Assembly: GCA_023248155.1 (NCBI GenBank) | Contig: JAHFFE010000008.1 | Coordinates: 6,515-70,514 of the forward strand | Direction: 5' to 3' | Length of the DNA: 64,000 nt | Origin: Candidatus Omnitrophota bacterium | GTDB taxonomy: Bacteria > Omnitrophota > Gorgyraeia > 1-14-0-20-64-10 | Shown here: one piece after another, positions 15,001-21,000 of the stretch | How the letters are laid out: each line of letters begins with the position of its first letter | Numbering within the stretch: position 1 is the first letter of the stretch | Translations under genes and position numbers: made by a program | Notes under the pieces: model-generated | The model's database searches: none | Told to the model about the DNA's origin: nothing | Seen by the model: only the letters and a program-made list of their open reading frames with translations

Positions 15001-18000
15001 AAGGCCGATGCCACCGGCGTTCTGCGATTGACCGAGAAAGGCCAGAGTTCTTTGACTGAACTGGATCGGGCAACGGCAACGGTTCCAATCGTGTCATCTC
15101 TCTCAGAAGCCAGAACCGTCAGCCAGGCAATCCGGTTCGTTCAGTCTGAAGTGGGCCGCGAAGAACTTCCACTGCTGGCGGGCCGTTCCGCACCCGACTC
15201 GGTTCGTACGCTGACATTGCGCGATAATTTGAACGGTCTTCTGGAAAGCGTCGGATTAACGGAAGGCGAGCGAACCAATTTCCTCAACAGTCCGGAACTG
15301 CAGCGGCTTCAGGACGGGCAGGGCCGCTTCATCGGCGAGTCCGGTCGTAATTTTGTCGAGACCTCAGAACAACTGGTTGCCGCTGTGCGGAATGATTCCG
15401 ACCGTGGAGCGCTTTCGACGGCGCTGACATCGCTGGGCCATTCCGATTGGGCCGCGATCGTGACAAATGGAACGCAGCCGGGTAACGGCCTCGCGCTGGC
15501 ACAGACGGCGCTCGGTTTGTCGTCCAGCCCGCTGACCGATCCGCAATCCGGCGGCGTTAAATTCCTAGTTAGCGTCGGGTATCAGCTGCAGTTAGAACAG
15601 ACCCCGGCATCGGTTCAGTTATCGCCGAGCGATTGGGCCCGTTTGCAGACTTCCTCGAATATGGGGCTTGAGCTGAACTCGCTTCTTGGTACCCGTACGA
15701 CGGTTGATCCGGCGCTGATGGCGCGCGCGCAGTCAGGTCAGGAAACCATCCAGCAGGTGCTGCCGATCCGCCAGCAGCTGCATCAGATAGAAAAAGAACT
15801 CGATTCCATTCAGGACAGCCGTATTGAAGAAGCCGTGAAAACTGGCCGCGATAACCCGGTCTCGGTGAAGCGGGGTGATAAGAATGATCCATTGCCGGCC
15901 AACCTGGTTTTGAAGGAAGCGGAATTGACGCGCCGCCGCGATCAGACTCAGACACAGTTGACCAAGGCCGAGAAACCGCTGGACAAAGGTCTTCTAACGG
16001 TGGCCGATCTGGTGACTACGCATGCCGGCGGAGATGTGGACAGAGCCGCATCACTGGCCGTTCGGTTTAACCCGGCGTTGCAGTCGTACTCGCATAGCCA
16101 GTTAACGCAGGCGCTGCGCCGCTTGACCCAGCCGGTCAGGGATAATGGTTTCGGTCTGCAAGGGCGGAGCATCTCGGTCTATGATCTCGACAACTACCTG
16201 CGCGACTCGCGTGAATTCCTGAAAACCGCTGCGCCTTCGCGCGGCCTGTTGTCTGAAGCTTTGACCGAGTTGGATAAAGCGATTGATTTGGAAAAAATAG
16301 AGGGAACCCGGACCAAGGATAAGTCGAAGTCGGAAGTCACCCTGCCGATTATTGAAGCGGCGGCCGCCGCGACGGTTGCCCGTTTATCGGCCGGCCGAGT
16401 TGAAAAAATGGCCGGAGAAAATGAAGACGTGCCCCTCTTGGATGGCGTTCCTCTGACCAACGAAAGGGTTACCCGCTTGTTAATGACCGCGGTTAATCCG
16501 ACTGCTTCCGACAATGATTTATCGGCGGCGGTGACGATCGGCTCTGTGGCAACCGATTTGTCTGAACAGCAAGTCGGCAGTTATCAGACTGATCCGTCCT
16601 TATTAAGAGCGCGCCAGCGCGCCGCACTCGAATCGGCCGCCCGGCGTGTTGCCTACCGCGATGTTTCGAACAAGGCCGAACAGCTGGTGGCCCGTTTTGA
16701 AGCACAGGATAAGTCGTTAACGCCGGCTGACCTGAAAATTATTTATACCGCCTTCGAAGCCCTTGAGAATAAAAAAGACAGGGGTGCCCTTGTGCAGATT
16801 GTCCGCGCGCAATTATCGCAAAACGAGCTTTCTGCCGGGCAGATAATCCAGCAGCATCCGGCGGAAGTTGTATCAGAATACCGCAGCGCGCTGTTGCGCG
16901 ATCCGCTCAGCCTGCTTCCGTCCATCAGCCTGGTTGCTTCGGTCGCGTCCCAGGAAAAGATCAACAATAATTCGTATGCGTCTCTGGCTGCCGGCCGGCG
17001 AACCTTGATCGATCGCCTCGATTCAGTCAACCGGTTGTTTAACCCGGACCTGCAGGAGTCTGCGGCGACCGGGTTGGTAGAGGAGCGGCTGGGTATCGTT
17101 TCTCTGACGGCCGCTTCCAATGTCTCGATCGAACAGTCGTTGCTGCACTTAAATCGCATGGTGGCCAACGGCCGGCAGGAATTCTCCGATCCGGCCGGAA
17201 TCTTTGTCCGGCTCAACCTGAAACTGACCCAGGCTTCTTCCTTGCGGATCGACGAGGCTCGTTCGGCCGCGGCGCGTGTGACGCATCTGTTAGAAAAAGG
17301 ATTGCGGCGTGAAGATTTGGTTCCGCAGATTACGGCTCAGGCCGTTGATCAGTTGCGCGCGAAGGTCGGTCTGCCGCCATTGAACCTAAACCAGGTCCAG
17401 CGCGTGGTCTATGACCGCTACCTGCCGTTTGTGGAACGGGAATTGGGCGGCGTTGCCAATCCGGCGGCCAGCCAGAAACAACTCTCTTCCTATGCGGTCA
17501 ATGAGCTCAAATCAATTTTGACCGATATGGGCAATCCGGTCGCGTCGAACATCGCCCAGCAAATTTCCGATATCACGATTTTGCAGCTGGTTCAGTTAAG
17601 CCATAACTTAAACCAGCAGGTCTTTATCCCGAACAACACGGCGATCGCGATCCATCCGGAAGGGATCACGGCCGGCGCGTTGTCCGATGTGAAAGACCGG
17701 AATATTAACGGCATCACCGTTTTTGATGTCTTGGTCGATCAACCGTTTGAAAATGTGATGGGCAGCACGCCGGGTGCCATGCATTTTGAAAATGTCGGCG
17801 TCGCTATGCCGGAAAAAGGATTCCGCGTTCTGGATGTCGTTTCGATGCTGCGCGCTGGCCAGGTGAATATTCAGGCGCAGAAGATTGCCCGCTTGCTTCG
17901 CGAGAGCGGAGATTCGGCCAGCCTTCAGGTCGCTAATCTGGTTATCAGCTGGGCGCAACAGATTGAAGCTCAGGTTGACCGCTCCCGCATTACGATTGAC

Positions 18001-21000
18001 GGCACCGCGCGGTCTTTGCAGAAAAATCAGCGGATTGAGGAAAGCTGGCACGCTTCCGACCGCGCTTCCGTCGGCCAGCTAGGTGATGTGGCCAGCCAGG
18101 GTTCTCAGGCCATTCCGGCTACTGTCGCGGCGATACTGCGTGAAGACGGCCGGCTAATTCAAGTGGTGGCTGGTTCCGCTGATCCGGCAGCGATGGCCGC
18201 GGCGCGCAGCCAGTTAACCGGAGATGATAATGGTTCCGTCTTCGAGTTGTCGGCGAAACTGGAACGGTTGCGCGCTTCCAGTGACATTAATGAGTTGGCG
18301 ATCGAATTTACCAACACCTTGATTCAGTGGGAAAACGACAGCGGTTTGTATGTGAAGGCGTTCGGCTGGGTTCTGCGGATGATGGACAGCAAGGGTGTTA
18401 CTCTGTCCGGTGCTACCGCTGATGAAGCGATGGCCGGGTTCCGCCGCGGCATGGCCGATATTCAGAACGATACCTTCTACCGCTATGATGAGCGGCTGGA
18501 GCGGCTCGATGGCGACCAGCAGCTGAAGATGCGCTTTATTGGACGGGATACCGCGCAGCAGAGATTCTTTGTTCAAGCATCGGCTGAAAATCGTGCCGCT
18601 TATGTTGCCACACAGCAGGCGCTGGCTCGTTCGGTCGACAGTTATTTAACCCGGGCCGGACTGGAAGAAGGTGGCGGTGAAGAACCGAAGCCGGAAGAAA
18701 TCGCCGCTGCCAAAGCCAAGGAAATCGATACCGCATGGAAACAGCTGACAGCAATTTCCAAAGATGTTCAGGCGCCGATCGTTATCTCAGCGAATATTCG
18801 TCAGGCTAACGGCATCGTGATGCCGGCTGAAGCGGTACTCATTGAGCAGGCAATGGCTCGCCGCGTGGATGCGGCTGTTCAGCGTTTAATCGAACGGATC
18901 AACGGTGCTGCCGTTATCCGCCGCATGAATGTTCAGGAAGCGGCGATGGATGCCGTTGAACGGCAGGTACCGGTCTTCCTGATGAATAACGGGCGGCCTG
19001 AGCGCGTGATGGGTATGGATCGCAGCGGTCTGCTCGTCACGATGGGCGTTGGAAAAGACCAGACGCTTCAGCAAATAACCGCCGATCCTGCTCTGCAGGA
19101 AGCCGATTTCCTGGTCGGTGTTTTCCAGCCGATTGCGTTGGGTGAGCCGGTGACGCTCAAGCGAGGCGGTGTCGATGAACAGGTCCGGTTCGAATTTGTT
19201 TCTAACGGCGCCACAGCTTCTTCTTGGGAAATGCTGGACAAAGACGGTATTACTGATGTCATCCGTTCGCTGGCAAGAGAACCCGGATCATTTGAACGGT
19301 TTGAAGCCAGTTGGAAAACCCAGCATGAGACACCTGGCACAATCCACGCGGTGGCCCGTGACTCTAAGGGCCGCATTGTCGCCTCCATCGTCACTTATCC
19401 CGACTCTGCGGAAGTACATCCGGGTGATTACGCGGCTGCTCAGCAGGCCGGAGCTTCTTATTTAGTCAGCCAGCCGGCTCTTTACATCAAATATTGGGCT
19501 GCTGCCGATGGTGATAAAAAAGTCAGCGGTGCCGGCGATGCGCTCAGAGCCGCGCTGTTAAAAGCTTTGAAGGAAGGGAAGGTTTCTTCAAAGGATCGCA
19601 AGCCGTATCAATTGGTTACCTTCCACGCCAGAGCCGAACAATTCGGACAAGAAGGAACAGCGGCTCCGTCTGTCTTCGATATTTTGTGGAAAGAAAAGCT
19701 TCAGTTATCTGCTGACTCATATGATCTGATTACTCAGAAGGGATATTACCAGGGGTCTCATGGCGAAAGCGTGGATGCTCACTACGCGATTATCAAAACA
19801 GATAAAATTTTCTCAGAACAAACACCGGTTCCGCCGATTCAGAAGAGCGGCGCCGAAGAAGCGGTTATTGAAGAATCGGTAATTAATGAATTCGCCGATG
19901 GCCTGTTAGGCCGCCAGCTGGACGCGGTCATCACCAGCCAGATTGATCAGTTAACGGCCGGTTCAGGACAGGAATTAAGAAAACTGCCGGAAATCCGCCG
20001 GTTATCGGTGACCGATGCTGATATGAACTCGGTGATGGAAGCGCTGAAAGATCCTCGCACGATCGAAGACTTAAACTGCGCCTGTGCGTCGGCGGTCAAC
20101 TACGCGCGCGCGATGGGCCAGCAAGTGACCGCGCCGGATATGGGCAATATTGTCCACCGGTTCGTCGGACTGATGGTCCGGCAGGCGCTGACCGACAACG
20201 GCAGTTCACTGACGCTCTATGAGCGGTTGGGCATGGGCGAGCGTCCGTCGATCCCGGTTCCATTTGAACTGATCCAGACGGTATTGGCCACGCCTGGCCT
20301 GATTGCCGCCGCGCCGCGCGGATTTGTAACGACGCTTTACCAGACCTCCGCGGTTCCGGCAGGGAAAACCGTGACGGTGATGGAACGGACCGAATCGGTT
20401 CCGGTTCCGTCGGCGATTTACAGCCGTTACGCCAGGGAAGGTTTTGTACTGGGGAATCGCAACGGTCCGTTTGTTGCTTATCTGGAAGGGCGCAACATTG
20501 GCGGGCATGCCGCGGTAGTTTCTGCGATGCCGGATGCCGTTACAATCAGCCCGGTGGCGCCGGTTAGCGTGCGCGGATTTATGGTTCGCGGTCCGGCCAT
20601 GTTTGCGATCAAAGACGGCGTTTTGTACGCTGACAGCAAACAGGTAACCGGTCTCGATCAGGCGTTGGCCACGGTTCAAACCAGCCGTTGGCAGAAGGTC
20701 GCGATGGCAGGAATTGGTGGGGCTCCCGGTACGGTCAAGGCTGTTGATGAGATGGCCACCGCGGTCATCGAAGCGGCGAATTCGAATACGAATTCGTCAT
20801 CGCCGGTTGAAGGGCTTCCGCCCGATAATAGAGTACTCTCGGGCAGTCTTAGCAAGGCGAAGAAGCGGCTTGCTCGGCAGGCTGTTGCAAAGAGTAGGTT
20901 TGAAACCTGGCTCAGCAAACTGGCCCGGATTGCCACGCTGGGTGAAGAGCTGGCAAAGTTCCAGGAAGGATTGAATGAATTAAACAAATTGGATGATGGG

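Noticed and set aside
14975-15055. LIRGGYAE...LRLTEKG winged-helix-like wing
   Set aside because: Too short to call a DNA-binding domain without profile support.
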